Source: Bacteroidia bacterium (GTDB lineage: Bacteria; Bacteroidota; Ignavibacteria; SZUA-365). From it: 64,000 bases of DNA. The stretch is taken from contig JAOSJT010000001.1 of NCBI GenBank assembly GCA_027493955.1, forward strand, positions 4,138,552 through 4,202,551. Reading direction: 5' to 3'. The notes below the pieces were generated by a model, which saw only the letters and a list, made by a program, of their open reading frames with translations, made no database searches and was not told where the DNA came from. Position numbers and translations under genes: made by a program. Below are positions 11,080-20,419 of this stretch, piece by piece; positions within the stretch are counted from its first letter, which is position 1; each line of letters begins with the position of its first letter.

Positions 11080-11328
11080 TATTGACGTGATGAGCCACGG
11101 GCGCTGTCTCCGTGTGCCCACGCCGCTGAAAATACCTGAGGGGGTCCGATACGTCGGGCCCCCTCTGTCATTGTGCACATATCGGTTGCCGCACTGTCCC
11201 GGCCATACTCTCCTTCGAACAGGACGCACTGATCGCACCGCGTCGGAGCGGCGGGTACCGCGAAGCCGACAGGGTGTTTACTGCTCCCCGCGTCGTCGTC
11301 GTCGTGCCAGCCTGCAGGGTGATATGTC

Positions 11329-11503
11329 CGCAATCCGCAATCACGCAGGCGGCCAGACGTGTCTCAACCGTGTTTCCGGATTATCGAATCCCTCCGCCTC
11401 AGACGAGCCGATTCCCGATTCCCGATTTCCGATTATCGATTCCCGATTCCCGATTATCGATTCCCGATTCCCAATTCCCGATTCCCGATTATCGATTCCC
11501 GAT
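11329..11503. repeat. partial copy of the dispersed repeat element (CGCAATC motif plus a 13-unit CGATTCC/CGATTAT heptanucleotide array)
   Basis: ccgcaatccgcaatcacgcaggcgg is followed by a period-7 array gattccc/gatttcc/gattatc (11410-11503). The same motifs occur at 26145-26506 and 28564-28725. Sits between convergent genes. The supplied ORFs 11087..11642 are repeat artefacts (IPDSRFPIIDSRFP...). Confidence 0.8.
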
Positions 11504-11538
11504 GAAATTCCGAGATGCATGCGCTCCGCTCTCCGCGC

Positions 11539-12384
11539 TCAAAACGAGTACACGAAGCTCACGGCGGGTCGGCCGTCAGCGATGCCGACGCCGAATGAAT
11601 CCAGAAAGGTGGGCGCGCCATTGTGAATGGCGGCATAGGTGAGATGGGAAATGAGTACACCGACGGCCGCACCAGTCATGACGTCACCGAGGTAATGTTT
11701 GTTGTCGCGTATGCGTGAATAGCCGACATAGCTGGCCCAACCGTAGGTGGATGCTGCCGCGGCAACTCGCAGGGCGTCACGCAAGAGAGGCCTCTCCCCA
11801 AGTGACTCCGACGCCATGATCGCATCATCCAATTCCATCTGCAGCCAGGAACAGGTCGCGAAGGCGACCGAGGTGTGACCACTGAAAAAACTCTTATCAT
11901 CACTCCCGTCAGGACGCATCCGATGTACGAGTGACTTCACCGTCTGTGTGGCGACCTGCGTGTACATCACACTGCGGTAGAGGCCGAAGGCGTGACGCAT
12001 TTCTTCCTCCGCGTCACCCTCTTCGCTCAGCAGCTCGATTGCGAGAATCTGAATCGTGCGCGCGCCGAGAATGGCGTGCGGCAATGCGAACGGATCCAGA
12101 CTGCCGAAGGACTCGGAGCCGCGCACGCCGAATTCTGTTGCAACTTCGCGTTCCAAACCGGTCGCGTGTATCAGGACGGGTTTACCAGCGGATTGAAGCG
12201 CCTCGTAACGGTTCACGAAATAAAAAAAGAACACCGGTGCGTCATACCAGGCGAATACGTCCCCCGCCGCATTCATCGAATGGGAGAGGAATCGGTTGAC
12301 GCGGTTCTCGTCACGATATTGTGCATGGGATATTGCTGGACCCAGAAGCCAGATCAGCAGGAGGGTGTGGAGTGTCGTCTTCAT
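11539..12384 (-). CDS. PAP2-superfamily phosphatase (secreted)
   Basis: Signal peptide MKTTLHTLLLIWLLGPAISHAQ. PAP2 motifs KSFFSGHTS (motif 2) and SRIRDNKHYLGDV (motif 3). Confidence 0.75.
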   Translation of the reverse strand: MKTTLHTLLLIWLLGPAISHAQYRDENRVNRFLSHSMNAAGDVFAWYDAPVFFFYFVNRYEALQSAGKPVLIHATGLEREVATEFGVRGSESFGSLDPFALPHAILGARTIQILAIELLSEEGDAEEEMRHAFGLYRSVMYTQVATQTVKSLVHRMRPDGSDDKSFFSGHTSVAFATCSWLQMELDDAIMASESLGERPLLRDALRVAAAASTYGWASYVGYSRIRDNKHYLGDVMTGAAVGVLISHLTYAAIHNGAPTFLDSFGVGIADGRPAVSFVYSF

Positions 12385-12402
12385 CGGCGAATCGTCAGCT
12401 GT

Positions 12403-13533
12403 TCATCGTGTCGTGAGTGTGTCTATGCTTCGCAGGAAAAAGTCTCGCCGCTCTATAAGATGCCGCCGGAGTGCGGCGGATTCGGCTTGCAGCGAAAAGC
12501 CCGCCAGGCCGAGCTTGGGATCGAGCGCCCACGCCGCGGCGATGGCCGCCTGGTACACCTCGAGCTGCGGGAAAAGTTGCCCCGGCACAATGACGGAGGC
12601 CAGCATATTCTTCGCCTCTCGCTTGTATATCGCGACGCAACTGTCGTTACGCAGTAAGGCTCGAATGATGTCGTTGTCTCCCGTCAGCCCCACATCTGCG
12701 TCCTCCGCCAGCAACTTGTCGAAATCCCACGGTATGATCTGATAGGGCGAAATGGGAGTGGGTTTGTAGAAGAGCATGTTGTTCGCGAAGCCATCTATAT
12801 GATTTAGTATGGACGCCGCGGCATGATAGCGCAGATAATTCGTAATGTCCAGATGACGGCCGACGACCTCGGGTATGCGGTCCGGCGGAGCGGTATCGAG
12901 AGCTTCGATCATTTCGCCGAGGGAATTCAGATTTCCGGATTCCGGAATGTCGAGAGAAAAATATTTGTCGAGATGCATGTTTTCCGAGAAGCTGAAGCGC
13001 GCACCGAAGCTCGCCTTGATCAGTTCATACACCATCATACCACGTTTGCGAAAAAATTCTTCTTCCACGCGCTCCACTTGCAGCAGCAGTCCTTTGTCCG
13101 TTCCGTTGATGCGCAGAAACACATGCGCGGTATTGAATGACGGAAAGCCGAGCCCTTCGAATATCATAGTCGCGAGCTTGCTTCGCAGCATGGTACGGTC
13201 GAACACCTGTGCGCTGAGATTGCAGGTGTTCATGCCATTGATCTGCTGCCCCGCATCGAGCTGCAGCTTGTACGACCAGCGCGCGTGGTAGCGTGAACCG
13301 GCGCCCTGCGGCTCGAAAGTGCCGCTGTACGATGTCTCGCCAACGAAAATGCGGGCCGGGGCCTTCTCGTTGCTCCACCGGTTCGAAAGCAGTGAACTGT
13401 AATACTCCTGTGGGATCCACACGTCGAGAACCGCAACCTCCCCCGTGTCGGGGAGATACGTGGAGTTGTCTGCGGTTTCACAAGCGCAAAACGTGAATAT
13501 GGAAAGGAGCGCTATGGATGCAAGTGCTTTCAA
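12403..13533 (-). CDS. CotH-family (spore coat protein H-like atypical kinase) secreted/lipoprotein
   Basis: Signal/lipobox-like N-terminus MKALASIALLSIFTFCAC. Length and conserved blocks (..GMNTCNLSAQVFDRTMLRSKLA.., ..NMLFYKPTPISPYQIIPWDFDKLL..) match the CotH Pfam pattern, including the WD(F/L)D block. 4-nt overlap with the upstream porin gene. Confidence 0.6.
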   Translation of the reverse strand: MKALASIALLSIFTFCACETADNSTYLPDTGEVAVLDVWIPQEYYSSLLSNRWSNEKAPARIFVGETSYSGTFEPQGAGSRYHARWSYKLQLDAGQQINGMNTCNLSAQVFDRTMLRSKLATMIFEGLGFPSFNTAHVFLRINGTDKGLLLQVERVEEEFFRKRGMMVYELIKASFGARFSFSENMHLDKYFSLDIPESGNLNSLGEMIEALDTAPPDRIPEVVGRHLDITNYLRYHAAASILNHIDGFANNMLFYKPTPISPYQIIPWDFDKLLAEDADVGLTGDNDIIRALLRNDSCVAIYKREAKNMLASVIVPGQLFPQLEVYQAAIAAAWALDPKLGLAGFSLQAESAALRRHLIERRDFFLRSIDTLTTR

Positions 13534-14537
13534 TAACGGAAAAAGGTCTCGATTGTTACGCTGGAACCCTCGGTGGAATAGGTGTCTGATCTGCCGTCCC
13601 GCGTTAGCAGCGCATCGAGCGAGAGGCGCAAACGGACGTCATCGTCTACAAACACATTCGCACCCGTCATTATTTCCAAGCGATGCGTTCCCATTTCCTC
13701 GAAGTCGGGAACAAACCAGGCGAGCATGAGATAAGGCTCAAGTACTTTCAGGAATGTACCGCCAAGATCGAAGCGCATTGCTGTCATGGACTTCAGTCCC
13801 GCCGTGTAGACGCGATCCTCACGCGCGAGCAGTCTCCGGCGTATGCCTTCCTCCGGATCCTGGAGAAGAACTGCTTCAAGGCCGCTCTCGAAGAGTGAAT
13901 CCTTGTACCCCGCATCGGCGGAGACGCCGAAGGTGGTAATTGCATTCTCGCGTCCCCGCTGCAATAGGGCGCCTCCGAGCGACGCCGTATATCCGGCGGA
14001 TGAATGCGCTGTGCCGCGCAGATAGGCGCTCGTCACATACGATTGATTCCGGAACACACCGGCGGCATAGGAAAAGGGAAATTCCGGATTTTTCTCTTTG
14101 TAATTGTAATACACCATCAGGCCGACGTTTCTGCCATCGTACCCCAGATCGGAAACCACCCGGTGCATGTAACTGTCGTTTACGGGAATGTACTCGTCCC
14201 GATCGCTGAGTCCTTCGAGGCTGAACGGCTTCTTGATGTTTCCGATCTTGATGCGCGCCTTGTCCATGTGCTTGAATGTGACGGTCGCCTCGCGCAGGAC
14301 TGCGGTCTTACTTTCTGAATGCCCGCGGAAATCCAGCTGTCCCTCTATCTTTTTGGAAAGCTCGATATCGGCCTGCAGCTTCCCCTCGTAATAAAATTCC
14401 TGATTGAATCCTGCGACGGGATTGCGGTCGAAAAAAGCGGCTCCCGTCGCTCCGAATCCGGAAAATGAAACTTTCTGCGCCTGGCTGTGACTCGTAAAGA
14501 ATGAGAGAAGCAGCAGGAGGAAGATATGTTTTTTCAT
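13530..14537 (-). CDS. outer-membrane beta-barrel porin-like protein
   Basis: Signal peptide MKKHIFLLLLLSFFTSHSQAQ, alternating amphipathic beta-strand pattern, C-terminal aromatic ending ...TIETFFRY. First gene of the operon with the CotH and PAP2 genes. Confidence 0.5.
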   Translation of the reverse strand: MKKHIFLLLLLSFFTSHSQAQKVSFSGFGATGAAFFDRNPVAGFNQEFYYEGKLQADIELSKKIEGQLDFRGHSESKTAVLREATVTFKHMDKARIKIGNIKKPFSLEGLSDRDEYIPVNDSYMHRVVSDLGYDGRNVGLMVYYNYKEKNPEFPFSYAAGVFRNQSYVTSAYLRGTAHSSAGYTASLGGALLQRGRENAITTFGVSADAGYKDSLFESGLEAVLLQDPEEGIRRRLLAREDRVYTAGLKSMTAMRFDLGGTFLKVLEPYLMLAWFVPDFEEMGTHRLEIMTGANVFVDDDVRLRLSLDALLTRDGRSDTYSTEGSSVTIETFFRY

Positions 14538-14720
14538 GAACCTGTTTGCAGTGCGTGTTGCTCTCCACGGCTGCGGCCTGCGTCTCAGGTGTCAGCAACG
14601 ACGTGGATGTCGGGGACAGGTGCTGTGTAGCGCGAAGGGAAAACCGCCGGACAACAAAACGGATATGCCCACATTCAGTAAATGTATCGAACCGGATCGG
14701 CCTGGGCAAGGCAGAAGGGA

Positions 14721-14759
14721 ATGTACGATCGACGAGTGACGAAGAGACGCATCGTACAT
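14721..14759 (-). terminator. candidate hairpin downstream of the GH31 gene, followed by a CGTCAAT heptamer array
   Basis: Inverted repeat atgtacgat-N21-atcgtacat at 14721-14759, 30-70 nt past the minus-strand stop at 14790. Followed (14762-14790) by cgtcaatcgtaaatcgtcactcgtcaat. No U-tract. Confidence 0.25.
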
Positions 14760-14789
14760 CCTACTTCGTCAATCGTAAATCGTCACTCG

Positions 14790-17267
14790 TCAATACCCTA
14801 TCGTCACGGTGCTCACGCCAGGAGCGAACGGTACAGTGATCTCGAAGCGACGGTGGGCGGCATCAACCCGTGCATCGGGTGGAACGGTGTTGGCGTCGGT
14901 GTCGAAAATGATGCGGTCGGCGGTCGCGACGCGGCGCGGCGAAGCGTCGGAACCGAAAAGCCGTAAACGTATCGCCTTGATATTCCGCGTTCGCACGCTT
15001 TCGGCGGCGTCAATGGTCAACCGCCAACCCCGCTCTTCCGCACCGAGGGAAAAACGCAGTACTTCGAAATCGCCCCGCTCATAACCATACCCCTCGCCGC
15101 TGTCAAGATACATCGTACCGCTGCCGCCGTCTTGTGGAACGATGTCCAGCACGAGTGTGTCGAGCTGTTTTTCACCGGTAAACTGCGGCGCATTTCTTCG
15201 CGGAATGATGGCTCCCGCTTTGTAGAACAACGGCAAACGACTCACGGGCGCATCGATGATCACGCGTTGACGGCCCTCGTAACTCTGGCCGGTCCAGGGA
15301 TCCAGCCACCGGCCCTCCGGCAGGTACACCTCCTGAAACCGCTGTCCCTCCTGTACCACCGGAGCGACGAGTATGTGATCACCGAACATCCATGTGTGTT
15401 GCCAGCGGCTGTCATATACCGCGGGATCGTTCTGATAGTCGTGCAGCAGCGGCCGCATCATCGGTGTGCCGCTTGTCGAGGCCTCGTGAAAAGCGCTGTA
15501 GATGTAAGGCAGGAACTCATAGCGCAGCGAAATGAAACGCCGGGCCAGCTCCTCCGTTTCCTCGCCGAAGGACCAGGGCTCCTGGTCGCGGGTGTTGATA
15601 TGCGTGTGCGATCGCATCAACGGAGTGAAAACTCCCGCCTGCAGCCACCGTACGTAAAGCTCCGGCGATGGCGAATCCATGAATCCGCCGATGTCCGTAC
15701 CGTTGAACGGCATACCGGACAAACTCAATCCGAGGCACATCCGTATACCCATGCGCAAATCGTCGAAACGTGCGGTATTGTCACCTGTCCAAATAGCCGC
15801 CCAGCGCTGTGTCCCCGCGAAGGCCGCGCGCGTGAGCACGAACGGTCTCTTATCTGGGTGACTTCGCCGCAGGCCATCAAAGGAGGCCTCCGCCATCAGA
15901 TGTCCGTACACATTGTGCATACGTTTGATCGTCGCAGGAGCGCCGTCGTTGTCGAACTGTACGAGATACGGAAATTCCCGGCCCCAGACTGCCGGCTCGT
16001 TCATGTCGTTCCAGAAGCCGTCCACGCCGATGTCCATCATTCGCGCGTATGCGTCTCCCCACCAGCGGCGGGTGTCCGCCCGCGAGAAGTCGGGGAAGTG
16101 ACACCAGCCAGGCCAGACCTGCCCGCTGTACAGCGTCCCGTCCGGGTATTTCAGGAAATGATCGCGGGCGATTCCCTGCTCGTACACGTCATAGCCGCGC
16201 TCGATCTTGATTCCGGGATCGATGATGGGCACGACTTTGAATCCCATCGCTTCCAGGTCGCTCAGCAACATGTGTGGATTCGGAAAGGCGGCGCTGTCCC
16301 ACGTGAATACCTTGTAGTTGTCCATATAACGGATGTCGAGATACAGCACATCGGCGGGAATGCCGCGCTGACGGAAATTTTTCGCAAGATCGCGGACCTC
16401 ATGCTCCGGATAATAACTCCAGCGACATTGCTGAAAACCGAGCGCCCACAGAGGCGGGAGGGGCATGCGTCCCGTGAGACCAGTGTACCGTCGCACAACG
16501 TCCCTCACGGCCGGACCGAATATGAAGTAATAATCCATTTCACCATCCTCGGCGCCGAAGGAATACACGCGGTCGCTGGCGGCTCCCATATTGAAAACAC
16601 TGCGGAAGCTGTTGTCGAAATAGATGCCATAGGCCCCTGCATCGCGCACACCAATGAAAAACGGGATCGAAGCGTACAGGGGATCGCGGTCGTTTCCATA
16701 ACCGGGGACGTCGGAGTTCCACATCACCCACTGACTGCCGCGCTTATTGACATCGCCGGTTTTTTCCCCCAGCCCATAAAAGCGCTCGTCCTGATGCAGG
16801 GTTTTCCAGACGTGAATTTCCTTGCCGTCCCAGGCGTGTCCGAATGCGCGGTCGTCGGAGGCGATCTCGCGCCCCTCGCCGTCGCGGAACACCAGCCGCA
16901 GTGGACGCTTGAGAATGTCTACTCTTCCGCCTGGCATGACCAACACCAGAGCGCTGTCCGTATCGTCGAGGTTCCAGTTCACAGCCGGAATTGCTTCGTG
17001 TCGTACGGCATGGGAGGGGTCGTTCAGCAAGGTGCCGTCGCGGCCTACCTGTATGCGCAGAACGGCCTCTCCGACGATGCTGAGACGCAGGACGTTGTTC
17101 TCCGCCCGAATACTGACACCGGCTGCGTCGCGTTCGTGGGAGACGTAGTCGCCGAGAGAGGTGTACTGATCCGCGTTGGCGGGGAGGGTCATGCGCACGA
17201 GCAGCAGAAGCCAAGGAATGCAGGCATGCCAACGTGCGGCGCGTAATGCGGATACAATGTGTTGCAT
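14790..17267 (-). CDS. glycoside hydrolase family 31 alpha-glucosidase/alpha-xylosidase
   Basis: GH31 catalytic region ...GVDGFWNDMNEP... and ...WTGDNTARFDDL... Signal peptide if started at M 17267 (MQHIVSALRAARWHACIPWLLLLVRMTLPANA). The 12 codons upstream (to 17303) are AT-rich and probably promoter sequence. Confidence 0.85.
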   Translation of the reverse strand: MQHIVSALRAARWHACIPWLLLLVRMTLPANADQYTSLGDYVSHERDAAGVSIRAENNVLRLSIVGEAVLRIQVGRDGTLLNDPSHAVRHEAIPAVNWNLDDTDSALVLVMPGGRVDILKRPLRLVFRDGEGREIASDDRAFGHAWDGKEIHVWKTLHQDERFYGLGEKTGDVNKRGSQWVMWNSDVPGYGNDRDPLYASIPFFIGVRDAGAYGIYFDNSFRSVFNMGAASDRVYSFGAEDGEMDYYFIFGPAVRDVVRRYTGLTGRMPLPPLWALGFQQCRWSYYPEHEVRDLAKNFRQRGIPADVLYLDIRYMDNYKVFTWDSAAFPNPHMLLSDLEAMGFKVVPIIDPGIKIERGYDVYEQGIARDHFLKYPDGTLYSGQVWPGWCHFPDFSRADTRRWWGDAYARMMDIGVDGFWNDMNEPAVWGREFPYLVQFDNDGAPATIKRMHNVYGHLMAEASFDGLRRSHPDKRPFVLTRAAFAGTQRWAAIWTGDNTARFDDLRMGIRMCLGLSLSGMPFNGTDIGGFMDSPSPELYVRWLQAGVFTPLMRSHTHINTRDQEPWSFGEETEELARRFISLRYEFLPYIYSAFHEASTSGTPMMRPLLHDYQNDPAVYDSRWQHTWMFGDHILVAPVVQEGQRFQEVYLPEGRWLDPWTGQSYEGRQRVIIDAPVSRLPLFYKAGAIIPRRNAPQFTGEKQLDTLVLDIVPQDGGSGTMYLDSGEGYGYERGDFEVLRFSLGAEERGWRLTIDAAESVRTRNIKAIRLRLFGSDASPRRVATADRIIFDTDANTVPPDARVDAAHRRFEITVPFAPGVSTVTIGY

Positions 17268-17457
17268 ATACAAAAGAATAATCGTATTTTTATTAAATCT
17301 CATTGTTCACAAGACTCTGGTGATTCGGATCATGAGCTCGATTCTGCTCAATGTAGCCCTGAATACGATGTTCCGCAAGCATGCGGCAGCCCGCTGCAGC
17401 GTGATCCGTTTCCGCGCCGGCAGGCGCCGCTGATACTCCATACCTCGCCCTGATTTC

Positions 17458-17490
17458 CCTGAATATTTCATGATCCAAGCCCGATTCAGG
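17458..17490 (+). promoter_or_regulatory. palindromic TGAAT...ATTCA element upstream of the arg operon (ARG-box-like candidate operator)
   Basis: cctgaatatttcatgatccaagcccgattcagg: TGAATATTTCA core plus inverted cctgaat/attcagg, 17-60 nt upstream of the first gene start. Confidence 0.25.
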
Positions 17491-17506
17491 CGGTCAACCG
17501 CTGTTC

Positions 17507-18244
17507 GTGCATGTTTTCGTTCAATCCGCAAGGAAAACCCTGGAGACCATGGTCACATACATTATTGAAGTTGCCGGCGATACGCACGCTCCATATGCAG
17601 GCAGCATCTGTAAAGCAATCGAAGAAGCCGCCGCCGCCCGCGGGACGGGCATCGCCCGGCGCGATCCGGCCTACATCGAGCAGAAAATGCGCGAAGGAAA
17701 AGCCGTCATCGCCGTCGCACGGGACAGCGAAGCCGGCAGCGAAGAGCTGGCGGGTTTCGTGTATATCGAAACGTGGAGCGATAAACGCTATGTCGCCAAC
17801 TCCGGTCTCATCGTTCTCCCCGCGCATCGTCACGCCGGCCTTGCCCTGCGCATCAAGCGGCGGGTGTTCGAACTGTCTCGTGAGCGCTTCCCCAAGGCCC
17901 GGATTTTCGGCATCACCACCAGCCATGCCGTCATGAAAATCAACACGGTGCTCGGCTATGTACCCGCACCCTTCAGCGAATTGACGGCGGACGACGAATT
18001 TTGGAATGGTTGCCGGAGCTGCCCGAACTACGATATTCTCACACGCACCAACCGCACGATGTGTCTCTGCACGGGGATGCTCTTCGATCCCGAACGGCCG
18101 CATCCCGTTGCCACCATGGATGTGGATGGACGCCTGCGTGAGCGTGTGCATGCCGAGGTGACAGACGCAGCGCATCCCGATCATGCTCCCGGCTCCGGCG
18201 ACACCGCGGGGAGAACCCTGCGGGAGGAGGCGGAGTATGTCTGA
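17507..18244 (+). CDS. GNAT-family N-acetyltransferase, probable N-acetylglutamate synthase (short ArgA-like) heading the arg operon
   Basis: GNAT fold motifs (..GFVYIETWSDKRY.. LIVLPAHRHAGLALRIKR..). First gene of the overlapping arg cluster. Start is GTG 17507 or ATG 17549. Stop overlaps the argG start by 8 nt. Confidence 0.6.
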   Translation: MHVFVQSARKTLETMVTYIIEVAGDTHAPYAGSICKAIEEAAAARGTGIARRDPAYIEQKMREGKAVIAVARDSEAGSEELAGFVYIETWSDKRYVANSGLIVLPAHRHAGLALRIKRRVFELSRERFPKARIFGITTSHAVMKINTVLGYVPAPFSELTADDEFWNGCRSCPNYDILTRTNRTMCLCTGMLFDPERPHPVATMDVDGRLRERVHAEVTDAAHPDHAPGSGDTAGRTLREEAEYV

Positions 18245-19442
18245 AGGAACCCGCGTCGTCCTCGCCTTCAGCGGCGGACTCGACACCACCTACTGCGCCG
18301 TGCATCTGTCCGCCACCATGGATTGCGAACTGCATACAGTGACGGTAAACACGGGCGGCTTTTCTCCGGCGGAATGCACCGCCATCGAAATGCGCGCACT
18401 GTCGCTCGGTGCCGCCGTGCACCGCACCATTGACGCGACACAGGAGTTTTACTCCCGCTGTATCCGTCATCTCGTCTTCGGCAACGTGCTTCGCGGCGGG
18501 TTGTATCCATTATCGGTGAGCGCCGAGCGGGTATTCCAGGCCGAAGCCATCGCGCGCTACGCGAAGGAAATCAACGCGACGCATATCGTCCATGGATCCA
18601 CCGGCGCGGGCAACGATCAGGTGCGCTTCGATACGGTGTTCCACATCCTCGCACCCGGCGTGCGCATACTCACTCCCATCCGCGACAACAAACTCAGCCG
18701 CGACGAGGAAATCGCATATTTGCGTGAGCACGGCGTGGAAGGGAATTGGGAGCGCGCGCCGTATTCGATCAACCAGGGTCTGTGGGGTACGTCTGTCGGC
18801 GGCCGGGAAACACTGACGTCCGATACGCCCCTCCCCGAAGAAGCCTGGCCTGTGCCGGTAAGCAGCAGTGAGCCCAAATCCGCATCGCTGCGCTTCGTGC
18901 GCGGGGAGTTGGTGGATGTTAACAACGCAGGCTGCGCGGACAGCGTGGCGGCGATTCGCCTGCTCGAAAGCATGGCGGCGCCCTTCGGTATCGGACGCGA
19001 CATACACATCGGCGATACCATCATCGGAATGAAGGGGCGCGTGGGCTTCGCCGCCGCCGCACCGCTGGTGATTATCAAGGCGCATCATGCACTGGAAAAA
19101 CACACGCTCACAAAACAGCAGCTTCTGGTGAAGGAGCAGCTCGCCGCGGTGTACGGCGGCATGGTGCACGAGGCGCAGTTCCTCGATCCCGCCGCGCGGG
19201 ACATCGAAGCACTGTTCGAACGTTCGCAGCAATTCGTCACCGGAACGGTGTACGTTACGCTGGCTCCGTACCGCTTTCAGGTGACCGGCGTCGATTCTCC
19301 GCACGACCTTATGTCCCCGCGTTTCGGAGCATACGGCGAAGAAAATCGCGCATGGAGCGGCGACGACGTGCGCGGCTTCTCGCGCATCTATGCCAATCAG
19401 ACGATGATGCATCACGTCGTGAACAACGGAGCGGGCGAATGA
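18237..19442 (+). CDS. argG: argininosuccinate synthase
   Basis: MSEGTRVVLAFSGGLDTTYC (AFSGGLDTS PP-loop), ~400 aa. ATG 18237. Confidence 0.9.
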   Translation: MSEGTRVVLAFSGGLDTTYCAVHLSATMDCELHTVTVNTGGFSPAECTAIEMRALSLGAAVHRTIDATQEFYSRCIRHLVFGNVLRGGLYPLSVSAERVFQAEAIARYAKEINATHIVHGSTGAGNDQVRFDTVFHILAPGVRILTPIRDNKLSRDEEIAYLREHGVEGNWERAPYSINQGLWGTSVGGRETLTSDTPLPEEAWPVPVSSSEPKSASLRFVRGELVDVNNAGCADSVAAIRLLESMAAPFGIGRDIHIGDTIIGMKGRVGFAAAAPLVIIKAHHALEKHTLTKQQLLVKEQLAAVYGGMVHEAQFLDPAARDIEALFERSQQFVTGTVYVTLAPYRFQVTGVDSPHDLMSPRFGAYGEENRAWSGDDVRGFSRIYANQTMMHHVVNNGAGE

Positions 19443-20413
19443 TACGTGCCGGTATAGCGGGCGCATCGGGCTTCGCGGGCGGAGAACTGCTTCGCCTGCT
19501 TCTCGCGCATCCTGCGGTCAAAATCGCCTGGGTATCGTCGGAGCGCCTCGCCGGACAGCCGGTGTCGGTTTCGCATGCCGATCTCGCCGGCGAGACGGAG
19601 CTGCATTTCTCCGCCTCCCCGGATTCGGATGCTGATGTCGTATTCCTCTGCCTCGCTCACGGAGCTTCCGCGGAAGTGCTCGAGCGCCTGAAGTTGCCAC
19701 GCGAAACAACCATCATCGATTTGAGTCAGGACCATCGGCTCGCTGGAGCGTCGGGCTGGATCTACGGACTTCCGGAGCTCAACCGCGAACGCATCCGCGG
19801 AGCGTCCTGCGGCGGAGCGCGCATCGCCAATCCGGGGTGCTTCGCTACGGCGCTGCAAATCGGCATCCTGCCTGTGGCGGCAGCCGGATTGCTTCCCGAT
19901 GAACTGCACAGCAGCGCAGTGACGGGATCAACCGGCGCGGGCGCGGGCATGAGCGACACGCTGCATTTTTCCTGGCGCGCCTCCAACATGCAGGTGTACA
20001 AACCCTTCGATCACCAGCATTTGCCGGAAGTGCGGCAGTCGCTCGTGCAGTTGCAACCCGGCTTCACCGGCGCGCACCGCTTCATACCGTACCGTGGACC
20101 CTTCACGCGCGGCATCATCGCCTCGACATATTTCCGCTGGGACGGCGATGCCGACAGTGCAAAAAAACTGTACGCCGATTTTTACAGCGGACATCCTTTC
20201 GTTTCGATCGCCGATGAGCAGCCGGACCTCAAGCAGGTGGTGAACACCAACCGCTGCATCGTGCATCTTTCGTATGCCGACGGACAAGTACTCGCCGTCA
20301 GTGTGCTGGACAATCTTCTCAAAGGCGCCGCCGGGCAGGCGGTGCAGAATATGAACCTTCTGTGCGGTCGTGACGAGAGCGAAGGGCTTCGCCTCAAGGC
20401 CTCCGCCTACTGA
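19439..20413 (+). CDS. argC: N-acetyl-gamma-glutamyl-phosphate reductase
   Basis: MIRAGIAGASGFAGGELLRLL NAD-binding N-terminus; catalytic Cys region ..ANPGCFATA... ATGA overlap with the argG stop. Confidence 0.9.
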   Translation: MIRAGIAGASGFAGGELLRLLLAHPAVKIAWVSSERLAGQPVSVSHADLAGETELHFSASPDSDADVVFLCLAHGASAEVLERLKLPRETTIIDLSQDHRLAGASGWIYGLPELNRERIRGASCGGARIANPGCFATALQIGILPVAAAGLLPDELHSSAVTGSTGAGAGMSDTLHFSWRASNMQVYKPFDHQHLPEVRQSLVQLQPGFTGAHRFIPYRGPFTRGIIASTYFRWDGDADSAKKLYADFYSGHPFVSIADEQPDLKQVVNTNRCIVHLSYADGQVLAVSVLDNLLKGAAGQAVQNMNLLCGRDESEGLRLKASAY

Positions 20414-20419
20414 GCGACC

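Noticed and set aside
15132-17246. 704-aa plus-strand ORF
   Set aside because: Entirely antisense to the GH31 gene, which has clear family motifs. Arg/His/Pro-rich, protein-unlike composition typical of antisense frames in high-GC DNA.
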